DNA from: an uncultured Erysipelotrichaceae bacterium
GTDB taxonomy: Bacteria; Bacillota_I; Bacilli_A; RFN20; CAG-826
DNA length: 47,224 nucleotides
Reading direction: 5' to 3'
NCBI GenBank assembly: GCA_947303755.1
Contig: CAMYZF010000002.1
Span: forward strand, 1-47,224
The notes beneath the pieces are model-generated. The model was not told the DNA's origin. It saw nothing but the letters and a program-made list of their open reading frames with translations, and ran no database searches. This document shows positions 1-8,300 of this stretch, in pieces (the first letter of the stretch is position 1; each line of letters starts with the position of its first letter). The position numbers and the translations under genes were made by a program.

Positions 1-405
1 GGAAGAGGCTATGACTATTATTTATCATTAGAAGCTTCATTAAAACTCAAAGAAATAAGTTATATCCATTCTGAAGCTATTGCGGGCGGAGAACTTAAAC
101 ACGGGCCAATCGCTTTGATTGAAAACGACACCCCAGTAATTGTTTTTATCACAGATAATGTGACCGCTAGTAGCATGAGAGGAAATATCGAAGAAGTTAA
201 ATCTAGAGGCGCTAGAGTGTTCGTTATTTCCACCAAAAAATTATCTAAAGACACAGACACAATTGTGATTGATCAATATCCAAATTATTTATCTAGCATC
301 ATTGTCTCTACAGTCGCCTTCTATTTAGCATATTACACATCTTTATCCAAAGGATACAGTGTTGATAAGCCGCGTAACCTTGCGAAAAGCGTTACGGTTG
401 AATAA
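1..405 (+). CDS. glmS: Glutamine--fructose-6-phosphate aminotransferase, C-terminal SIS-domain fragment (5' end outside window)
   Basis: Frame 1 is open from base 1 to TAA 403-405. Translation ...GELKHGPIALIENDTPVIVF...DKPRNLAKSVTVE is the characteristic GlmS C-terminus. A terminator follows. Confidence 0.9.
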   Translation, partial: GRGYDYYLSLEASLKLKEISYIHSEAIAGGELKHGPIALIENDTPVIVFITDNVTASSMRGNIEEVKSRGARVFVISTKKLSKDTDTIVIDQYPNYLSSIIVSTVAFYLAYYTSLSKGYSVDKPRNLAKSVTVE

Positions 406-413
406 ATTTAAAT

Positions 414-445
414 CCCTCGATATGAAAGTGTTGAGGGTTTTTTCT
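414..445 (+). terminator. Intrinsic terminator of glmS
   Basis: Stem CCCTCGA (414-420) / TTGAGGG (431-437) followed by a run of 7 T. Confidence 0.8.
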
Positions 446-698
446 TATTTGTTTCTAAACAGAAACCAGTGATGTCTCCTAGTATCAAAAAATAAAAAAC
501 TGCCCCGATGAACCTATTCAGTTCCACTTACCGGTTGCAGCATCATTATTAAATCAAACAACTACAGTTGTGTCAATAAGTTATTGAGTTACTAGTAACT
601 TCAAGTAGATACCCTAATGTATCTTTTTATTTTGGTCTAGGTAGAGTAAGGCGACGTGTGGATTAAACAAAATTGATGCGAACAAAATTACACATTTG

Positions 699-704
699 TA
701 TAAT
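699..704 (+). promoter_or_regulatory. -10 box TATAAT 10 nt upstream of ATG 715 (very short or absent leader)
   Basis: TG immediately precedes TATAAT. There is no SD between it and ATG 715. Confidence 0.4.
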
Positions 705-714
705 TTATTTACGT

Positions 715-1077
715 ATGAAGCGACTAGAGTCACAAGAAGATTATTTAGAAAAGATTTTGCAGATCTCTCAAAGAAAAGAAAACGTCCATGCGATCGATAT
801 TGCTCGTGAGATGAATTTTTCTAAACCTTCTGTTTCAGTGGCGATGAATAAATTAAAAGAAGCAGGCTTTATTGTTATTAATAATAAAGACGAGATCATT
901 CTTACTGAAAAAGGTAAAGCGATCGCTGAAAAGACTTTAGAAAAGCATCTTATCTTAACTGATATCTTAGTGTCCATCGGTGTCGATAAGAAAGTCGCGA
1001 CGGAAGATGCTTGTAAATTAGAACACGATATTTCTGATGAGACTTGGTTAGCGATTAAAAGTCACGTTAAGAAATAA
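715..1077 (+). CDS. DtxR/MntR-family metal-dependent transcriptional repressor
   Basis: MKRLESQEDYLEKILQ...IAREMNFSKPSVSVAMNKLKEAGF is the DtxR-type winged-helix N-terminus plus dimerisation helices. The gene sits directly upstream of the feo operon. ATG 715 is preferred over the TTG 673 start in the track because family members begin near the SxEDYLE motif. Confidence 0.85.
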   Translation: MKRLESQEDYLEKILQISQRKENVHAIDIAREMNFSKPSVSVAMNKLKEAGFIVINNKDEIILTEKGKAIAEKTLEKHLILTDILVSIGVDKKVATEDACKLEHDISDETWLAIKSHVKK

Positions 1078-1103
1078 TAATATTTATTTAATAAAGATAT
1101 AAG

Positions 1104-1130
1104 AGTTAGTTATTGCTAACTTTTTCTTTA
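1104..1130 (+). terminator. Intrinsic terminator of the repressor gene; the stem is AGTTAG-N6-CTAACT
   Basis: AGTTAG (1104-1109) / CTAACT (1116-1121) followed by TTTTTCTTT. Confidence 0.7.
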
Positions 1131-1177
1131 CACATTCATACACAGGTATATAATTATTGTGGTTAGTCAAAACTAAC
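1127..1177 (+). promoter_or_regulatory. feo operon promoter (TTTACA-16-TATAAT) with candidate metalloregulator operator GTTAG-N6-CTAAC at about +1
   Basis: TTTACA 1127-1132, TATAAT 1149-1154, inverted repeat GTTAG (1162-1166) / CTAAC (1173-1177). The half-sites resemble the GTTAG/CTAAC core of DtxR/IdeR boxes but with different spacing. Confidence 0.45.
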
Positions 1178-1198
1178 TAATAATAGGAGGAAGAGTTT

Positions 1199-1411
1199 AT
1201 GCCGATTGGATTAGCTCCTGTAAATACTCAAATGAAGGTGGTGAAGATACTCACCGATGAAAAAACTAAGAAACATCTTGCTAGTCTTGGTATTTTAGTG
1301 AACTCTTTCGTAACTGTTATTTCCTCTGTAAACGGTGGTGCTGTCATCGCCGTTAAAGAAGGAAGGCTAGCGCTTGATCGAAGTATTGCTAGCAAAATTC
1401 TAGTTGCGTAG
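1199..1411 (+). CDS. feoA: FeoA-family ferrous iron transport protein
   Basis: 70-aa SH3-like FeoA pattern (VKILTDEKTKKHLASLGILVNSFVTV). SD AGGAGG lies upstream and the gene is first in the feo operon. Confidence 0.85.
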   Translation: MPIGLAPVNTQMKVVKILTDEKTKKHLASLGILVNSFVTVISSVNGGAVIAVKEGRLALDRSIASKILVA

Positions 1412-1425
1412 AAAGGAAGGAATTT

Positions 1426-1662
1426 ATGCTTAAAAGACTAGATGAATTTGTCATAGGCGAGACTGGCCTAATTAAGAAAGTAGAAGGTGAAGGTCGCCTT
1501 CGTAGAAGACTGTTTGATATGGGAGTGACTCCAGGAGCAACAGTTTATCTACGTAAAAAAGCTCCCTTAGGAGATCCTATTGAAGTCACGATTAGAGGCT
1601 ACGAATTAACACTTCGTAAAAGCGAAGCAGTATTAGTGCTTCTAGAAGTGGAGGACCGTTAA
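1426..1662 (+). CDS. feoA: FeoA-family ferrous iron transport protein (second copy)
   Basis: 78 aa with GRLRRRLFDMGVTPGATVYL, a typical FeoA motif. SD GAAAGGAAGG lies upstream. Confidence 0.85.
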   Translation: MLKRLDEFVIGETGLIKKVEGEGRLRRRLFDMGVTPGATVYLRKKAPLGDPIEVTIRGYELTLRKSEAVLVLLEVEDR

Positions 1663-1663
1663 G

Positions 1664-3979
1664 ATGAAACGTTTCGCTCTAGCGGGCAATCCAAACTGTG
1701 GTAAAACCACATTATTTAATAACTTAACAGGATCCACGGCGCACGTTGGTAACTGGCCTGGTGTCACTGTTGAAAAGAAAGATGGTGTCTATAAGAAACT
1801 TAGTGAGCCAATCGCGATTATTGACTTACCAGGTATTTATTCTTTGAGCCCATATACAAGCGAAGAAGTAATTTCAAGAAATTACATTCTCGATGAAAAA
1901 CCAGATTGCGTCATTAACATCGTTGACGCGACCAACTTAGAAAGAAACCTCTATTTAACCACCCAATTACTAGAAATCGATGTTCCAGTCGTTGTCGCGG
2001 TTAATATGATGGACGTCTTAGAAAAAGCTGGTGACAGTTTAGATGAAAAGATTTTAGAAGAAAAACTTGGTGTTCCGGTTGTTAAAATCTCCGCTTTAGA
2101 AGAATCAAATCTCAAAGAACTCATGGAAGTTGCTTTTAAAGCAAGTCAAAAATCTAGACAAGGAGATTCTATCCTTTACAACAAAGATTTGAATCATCTT
2201 ATTGGAGATGTCACCATCGCTTTTAAAGGCAAAAAGGTTGATAATCCACTTTTCCATGCGATTAAACTCGTTGAAAACGATGAGATTGAAACTAAGATGC
2301 ATGAAGATCTTTTACCTATGGTAGAAGATTTTAAGAAAACCTTTAAAGATGAAACCTTTGGAGATGATATCGAAGCGATTATCGCCGATGAAAGATATAA
2401 CTTTATTTCTAAAAACTTCTCCAAGGCTATTACAAAACACGAAGTAGAAGTTAACAAAGTTAAGGAAAACAAATCAGACCGTATCGACAAGGTTTTAACT
2501 CATAAGATATTTGGTCTAATTATCTTTGCGGCGATTCTCTTCTTAGTGTTCCACTTTACATTCTCCGAAAACCTTTTCTTCTTAAAAGGAGTGTTTGAGG
2601 CTAATGAAGTCGCTCCATGTTTTGAAGGAAGCATCTACGAAGGACTATTCTGGACGGATGCTGGTATTAACTCACCAGGTGTTATCTTGTTTAACTTCTT
2701 TGATATGTCCTTCTCAGGCATTATTGACGCGACTAGCGCGGCGATGGAAGCGGGCTTAGGCGAAGGACATTGGCTAACCGGCTTTGTTTGCGATGATGTC
2801 CTCACCGGCTTATTCGCAATCCTCGGATTTTTACCGCAAATCCTCGTTCTTTTCCTCTTCTTCTCGATTATGGAAGATACAGGATACATGGCTCGTGTTG
2901 CCTTTATCTTGGATAGGATCTTTAGAAAATTTGGCTTATCCGGAAGAGCCTTTATCCCAATGATTATGGGTTTTGGTTGTTCCGTTCCTGCTATGATTAA
3001 CACTCGTACCCTCGCAGATGAAAATGAAAAAATCTCTACAATTAGAGTTATTCCGTTTTTCTCTTGTGGCGCTAAGCTTCCAATCTTAGTCGCTATCGCC
3101 GGTGGTGTATGCGAAGTATTTGGCTTTGCTCATGTCGATTTGATCACTTATTCGATGTATGTCTTAGGTATCGTTACCGCCATTGTGGCAGTCTTGCTTC
3201 TTAGACACACAACCCTTAAAGGCGAAGCCGCTCCATTTATAATGGAACTTCCACAATATCACTGGCCACAATTCAAATCTTTGATGATTCACTTATGGGA
3301 TAAGACCAAACACTTTGTTAAGAAAGCTTTCACAATTATCCTAGCCTCCACAATCGTGATTTGGTTCTTATCTAACTTCGGTTGGAATTGGCATATGGTT
3401 GATGATATGCAAGATTCAATTCTTGCTTCCATTGGCATGTTTATTCAACCAATATTTACTCCTCTTGGTTTTGGTTCACAACTTACGGCGATTGGCTGGG
3501 TATTTGCAGTTGCTGCTATTACTGGCCTTATCGCTAAAGAAAACGTCATTGCCACATTTATCACTTTAGGTGCTGTTGCAGTTGCTTATCTTAATAGTGG
3601 AGCAGTTGATCCAGAAATCCTTGCCGCTATTGAAGCGGATGAAGAGGGTGTTTCTGCAACTGTGCAAATGATTCAGGCAACTGGTATTACCTGGCAAGGT
3701 TGTATTTCCTTTATTGCCTTTAATATGCTTACCATTCCTTGCTTTGCTGCTTGTGCTACCGCCAAAGGCGAACTTAAGAAAGGTACATTTAAATTCACTT
3801 TAGCCTTCTGGATTATTGCCTCCTTCTTAGGAGCAGGATTTACCTATGCCTTCTTATCATGCTTTAGCTTAGAGACTTTAGCGTGGGCAATCCCAGTAAC
3901 CATCGCTTTAGTGGTGGCCCTTGTGATCACATTCATTACTATCTTTCGTCTGGAAAAGAAAAGAACTTTAGGAGCCTAA
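1664..3979 (+). CDS. feoB: Ferrous iron transporter FeoB (GTPase plus permease)
   Basis: G1 GNPNCGKTTLFN, G3 DLPGIYSL, G4 NMMD, followed by a polytopic membrane domain. Confidence 0.97.
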   Translation: MKRFALAGNPNCGKTTLFNNLTGSTAHVGNWPGVTVEKKDGVYKKLSEPIAIIDLPGIYSLSPYTSEEVISRNYILDEKPDCVINIVDATNLERNLYLTTQLLEIDVPVVVAVNMMDVLEKAGDSLDEKILEEKLGVPVVKISALEESNLKELMEVAFKASQKSRQGDSILYNKDLNHLIGDVTIAFKGKKVDNPLFHAIKLVENDEIETKMHEDLLPMVEDFKKTFKDETFGDDIEAIIADERYNFISKNFSKAITKHEVEVNKVKENKSDRIDKVLTHKIFGLIIFAAILFLVFHFTFSENLFFLKGVFEANEVAPCFEGSIYEGLFWTDAGINSPGVILFNFFDMSFSGIIDATSAAMEAGLGEGHWLTGFVCDDVLTGLFAILGFLPQILVLFLFFSIMEDTGYMARVAFILDRIFRKFGLSGRAFIPMIMGFGCSVPAMINTRTLADENEKISTIRVIPFFSCGAKLPILVAIAGGVCEVFGFAHVDLITYSMYVLGIVTAIVAVLLLRHTTLKGEAAPFIMELPQYHWPQFKSLMIHLWDKTKHFVKKAFTIILASTIVIWFLSNFGWNWHMVDDMQDSILASIGMFIQPIFTPLGFGSQLTAIGWVFAVAAITGLIAKENVIATFITLGAVAVAYLNSGAVDPEILAAIEADEEGVSATVQMIQATGITWQGCISFIAFNMLTIPCFAACATAKGELKKGTFKFTLAFWIIASFLGAGFTYAFLSCFSLETLAWAIPVTIALVVALVITFITIFRLEKKRTLGA

Positions 3980-3982
3980 ACT

Positions 3983-4177
3983 ATGTTTAATAATCCGCAA
4001 ACACTTTGGATTGAAATACTAGTTGTTGCACTAGTAGTGGTTTTCCTCGCATTTGTTATTGGTAGATATATCTATCGAAAAGCTCATCATCTTCCAACAG
4101 GTGAATGCGAATGTTGTCATAGTCATAAATCAAATTTGGTTAAACAATATAACAAAGCTTACAAAAAAGATAAATAA
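3983..4177 (+). CDS. FeoB-associated Cys-rich small membrane protein
   Basis: 64 aa: one N-terminal TM helix, then YIYRKAHHLPTGECECCHSHK. Sits immediately 3' of feoB with SD AGGAG. Confidence 0.7.
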   Translation: MFNNPQTLWIEILVVALVVVFLAFVIGRYIYRKAHHLPTGECECCHSHKSNLVKQYNKAYKKDK

Positions 4178-4184
4178 ATGAATT

Positions 4185-4212
4185 GGGTGGTTCTGCCACC
4201 CTTTCTTTTTTG
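4185..4212 (+). terminator. Intrinsic terminator of the feo operon
   Basis: GGGTGG (4185-4190) / CCACCC (4196-4201) followed by TTTCTTTTTT. Confidence 0.85.
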
Positions 4213-4269
4213 CTTATGTTTCGTTTTTTCAGTATAATGAACTCAGTCGTTCAAAATAAGGAGAAATTT

Positions 4270-5166
4270 ATGAAAAGTAAATTGCTAATTTTGTCGTTGG
4301 CGTCAACCGCACTTCTTTGCTCGTGTATGGGCAAATCATCTAAAGGTGGCAAAGCTTCTCATAAGAAGATCACTAAAGAACAAGCTGCCGCGGTTGTTGA
4401 AGATTTAAAACAAAAACGTGTCAGTTTAGAGAATGTTAATAAGTTCGCTTTTAAATCAAAATCATTCCTATCAATAGATGGTTCTGTCACTATTAACGAT
4501 CTAAAACTCGAACTTGGATCAAATTATAACTCGGAAATTCTTGCCGAGGTTTCTCAACCAGATTATTGGGTTCACGTTAAAACTGATGCAAAATACGGGG
4601 ACGAACCATACAATCAAGAAACTTATGAATATGTCAAAGATAACAAATTTTATTCAGCCGATAACCTAGGAGGAGACAAAGAATATATCGTTTCTTCTGG
4701 AAGCGCAGTTGAGAGCTTTAAATCAAGCGTCGATGAAATTGTTGAATCTATCAACATAGTTGAAGAAAGTGCCTTTGCTTATTTAACAAGCGGAGACTCC
4801 TTTGATGTCAACGGTTCATATACATTCACCTTGACATATTACTCTGATGGTAATGGCGATTTAACCGTTAAAGGACACGCTCCACTTAATTATTCTGGTG
4901 AGAGTAGCGGTGTAACACTTACTTACAAAGGAACAGCAGATTTGATTTTTGTTTGGAATGATTATTGTTTTTCAAACGCATCAATTGATTTTGACTACAA
5001 AGTCACAACCTCAAATAATGAAAGTGTGAAAGTCAAAATGAGCGAAGAATATACTGTTGGTTCCTCTGTCAATGTTACTTATCCAAATCTAAGTGAATAC
5101 ACTGAAAAGACATCGCCAGTAGGTTCGATTACATCGGATACTTCTGATACAGTATATCCCGATTAA
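4270..5166 (+). CDS. Putative lipoprotein, function unknown
   Basis: SD AAGGAG lies 8 nt before ATG 4270. MKSKLLILSLASTALLCSCMGK is a signal peptide with a lipobox-like LLCSC. The track's TTG 4183 start would read through the feo terminator. Confidence 0.75.
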   Translation: MKSKLLILSLASTALLCSCMGKSSKGGKASHKKITKEQAAAVVEDLKQKRVSLENVNKFAFKSKSFLSIDGSVTINDLKLELGSNYNSEILAEVSQPDYWVHVKTDAKYGDEPYNQETYEYVKDNKFYSADNLGGDKEYIVSSGSAVESFKSSVDEIVESINIVEESAFAYLTSGDSFDVNGSYTFTLTYYSDGNGDLTVKGHAPLNYSGESSGVTLTYKGTADLIFVWNDYCFSNASIDFDYKVTTSNNESVKVKMSEEYTVGSSVNVTYPNLSEYTEKTSPVGSITSDTSDTVYPD

Positions 5167-5186
5167 ACAAAATCCACTTAGAATAG

Positions 5187-5212
5187 GCGCGATTAAGTCG
5201 CGTCTTTTCTTT
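5187..5212 (+). terminator. Intrinsic terminator after the lipoprotein gene
   Basis: GCGCGA (5187-5192) / TCGCGT (5198-5203), with one G-U pair, followed by CTTTTCT. Confidence 0.7.
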
Positions 5213-5393
5213 ATTTAAAAAGAATCGATGAATTGTTATTTTTTCATCGTTTGGCTTATTTGTTTATTTAACTATTTAAGTTAATGCAATATAATAGAGT
5301 CGTACATTAGATAGAAAGACGAAAACATTAATGCGCAAAAGGTTTCCTTCTTTCTACAAGAAAATGTATAGAAAGGAAGTTTAAACAGAAAAT

Positions 5394-8300
5394 ATGAAAT
5401 TATTTTCAAAAATTACCACTGCAATCGTTGGTATTGCTTTAGCAGCCGGTGTAGGTGTAGCTGCTAGTGGTAATAAAGCAAAAGCCGCTAACGCTGCTGA
5501 AGTTTTGTCGTACAAGCTAGACTTTGCTGCTAATAGCACAGACACAGATAATAATGCCGCTTTAGGTACAAATGTTGCCGATTATTTCGTTGCCGGTGCA
5601 GATTACGTCTCTAGTTTGGCCTCTTCTAAAGTTTATTTAGGTAAGAGTTCAATGAACGGTCTTAAATTTGGTTCCAGTAGTGTTAAAGGAACGTTAACAT
5701 TAACCTTAGCGAGTAGCGGCCAAGTTAAAGCAACCAAAATTAGATTAGCTTTAGCTATGTATGATAGCGGCCAAAAGGTTAAGGTTTCAATTAACAGTGC
5801 TTCGTCTGGAACAGGTTATAGTTTGTTAGAACCAACAACCAGCTTAGCTGATTATGATGTTGCTTGGGATGGTGCTACTAATTTATCAACCATCAACATT
5901 GAATCAAACGTTGCGAGCAAATGCCGTTTCTATCTTGACTACATCGAAGTTTATGTTGATGATGGTGGTGGCTCTTGCGATCATAACTGGGTCGCTGGTA
6001 CAGTTCATAACCCAACATGTACTGAAGAAGGATACACTGAATACCAATGCTCGTTATGCGGTGAAACAAAACATGACAACGTGACCGCGGCTTTAGGACA
6101 TGATTTCGGTAACTGGGAAGTTACAACTGAACCTACATGTACAGAACCAGGAAGCCAAACACGCGTTTGCTCTAGAGATTCTAGCCATGTTGAGGTTGAG
6201 CCAATTGCTGCATTAGGACACAACTTCGTCGATGGCATTTGCACCGTTTGTGGTGCAGAACAACCAAGCGAAGTTACTGTTGGTTATGTCTTCAGTGAAC
6301 ATTATTCTGCTGATACTGAAATCGACGGCGTAACAATTGCTGCTGATAGTAATGTGAGTTTTGTTTTCGCCAAGCGCGAAGGCGGAAATGCCACAAAGTA
6401 TTACGCTAATGGTACAGCTGCGCGTTGGTATGGCGGCGGGACATTTACCGTTAGTTCGACTGCCGGTAATATTTTGTCAATTGATGTTGTCTATTCCAGG
6501 CACGACAATGCCGTAACTGTGGATGTTGGTAGTTATTCTGATATCTCGAGCGCGTCCGGAACTGGTACTTGGACAGGAGAATCATCTGCTGTTGTCTTTA
6601 CACAAGCTGGTACCACAGGGCACGACAGAATTAGCTCGTTATCCATTACTTATGACGGAGGAAGCACTCCTCCGACACCAGTTTGCACCCACAACTGGGT
6701 AGCAGGCACAGTCCATAATCCAACATGTACTGAACAAGGTTATACCGAATATGAATGTTCATTATGCGGCGAAACAAAACATGATGATTTTGTTGCCGCT
6801 TTAGGCCATGACTATGGTGAATGGCAAACATTAACTGAACCAACATGTACAGAACCTGGAAGCAAACAACATGTTTGTAAGAACGATTCTAGCCATGTTG
6901 AAGTTGAAGAAATTCCTGCATTAGGACATAACTTTGTTGATGGTGTTTGTACTGTTTGTGGAGCCGAAGAAGGAAGCGAAACAACTATTTCATTAGACTT
7001 TAGTTCGGATTCTTATGGTATTACCACAACTCAAGGAAATCAGACTTTAACTGGTGATGGCGCAACTTACGGATTTGAATTCGGTGCTGGTACCGGTACC
7101 GGAGCCAAATACAATACTGATAATAAATATGTTTTATTCGGTAAAGCTGGTGTATATTTTAGAAATACATCCGCTCCAGAAAATTCATATATTTCAGCAA
7201 TTAGCTGGACATATACAAGCGGTGTTTCTACAAACGTTCAATTAAGTTTAAGCTATGGAGAAGTAGCACTTAATGCTCAATCGTCTCCAATTACCTCTTT
7301 TGGTAAGGCGACACAAAATGGTGAAGTTAGCTTAACTCAATCAGATACTTCAAAAGCTTATTTCTTCATCTACGTTACAAATGCCTATAACTGTCAATTT
7401 AAAAATTTCTCAGTTACTTGGACTAAGAATTCTACTCCTCCAACACCAGTTACAAGTTATACTGTAACTGATAGTGTTGCTAACGGATCTTTAGATAAAG
7501 CCTCCGTTAATGAAGGAGCAACACTTACAACAACAATCACTCCTGATGCAAAATATGATCTTCCAGAATCTGTCAGCGTCACTATGGGTGGTGTTGCAAT
7601 TACAGCAGATTACACCAATGGTGTTGTCACTGTTGTAAATGTCACTGGTGATATTGAAATCACCGCTGAATGTGGCAAAACACATGGTTTGTGGGAAGAT
7701 GATCCATATACTGTTGCTGAAGCAAGGGCTGCTATTGATGCCGGTACCAACTTAAGCGGTGCTTATGTTTCTGGTATCATTTCACAAGTTGATTCTTACA
7801 ACAGTACATATCACAGTATTACATACTGGATTAGTGATGATGGTACAACAACCAATCATCTTCAAGTCTATTCTGGAAAGAATGTCGGAAATACCGATTT
7901 CTCAAAAGTTGAAGATGTTGAAGTTGGTGCTACAGTTGAAGTTACTGGAACACTCAAGAAATACAACGATACTTACGAATTCGATAAGAACAACTATCTT
8001 GTTACCTATGTTGCTCCAGTCCACGTAGATCCAGTAATTACTCTCTCTGCATACAAAGGCCACTTAGGCATGAGCGAAGTTGGACTCGAAATCACTTGTG
8101 ATTCCGAATCATTCAGTGGCACCCCAACATTTAGCGTTGAAGGAACACCTTCATACGTCAATGTTAGCGTAAGTGGTTCTACCATTACTCTTTCTCCAAA
8201 AGCTGTTGGTACTGAAACCCTTACTGTTAAAGGTGTTTATAACACCCAAGAAGCTTCAAAAGAATTCAAAGTTTGTGTGACACAACACGCTGGTAGCGCT

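Noticed and set aside
5364-5377. 14-nt identity ATGTATAGAAAGGA shared between the surface-protein leader (5364-5377) and the small-peptide leader (23944-23957)
   Set aside because: It includes the generic SD region. A single 14-mer match is within chance expectation for all-against-all comparison of 47 kb of AT-rich DNA. The flanks do not align.
5341-5393. Hairpin CTTTCTA (5350-5356) / TAGAAAG (5369-5375) partly covering the SD of the surface-protein gene, as a possible translational switch
   Set aside because: The stem is only 7 bp and AU-rich with a 12-nt loop, and no alternative structure or ligand-binding fold is evident. It is too weak to claim.
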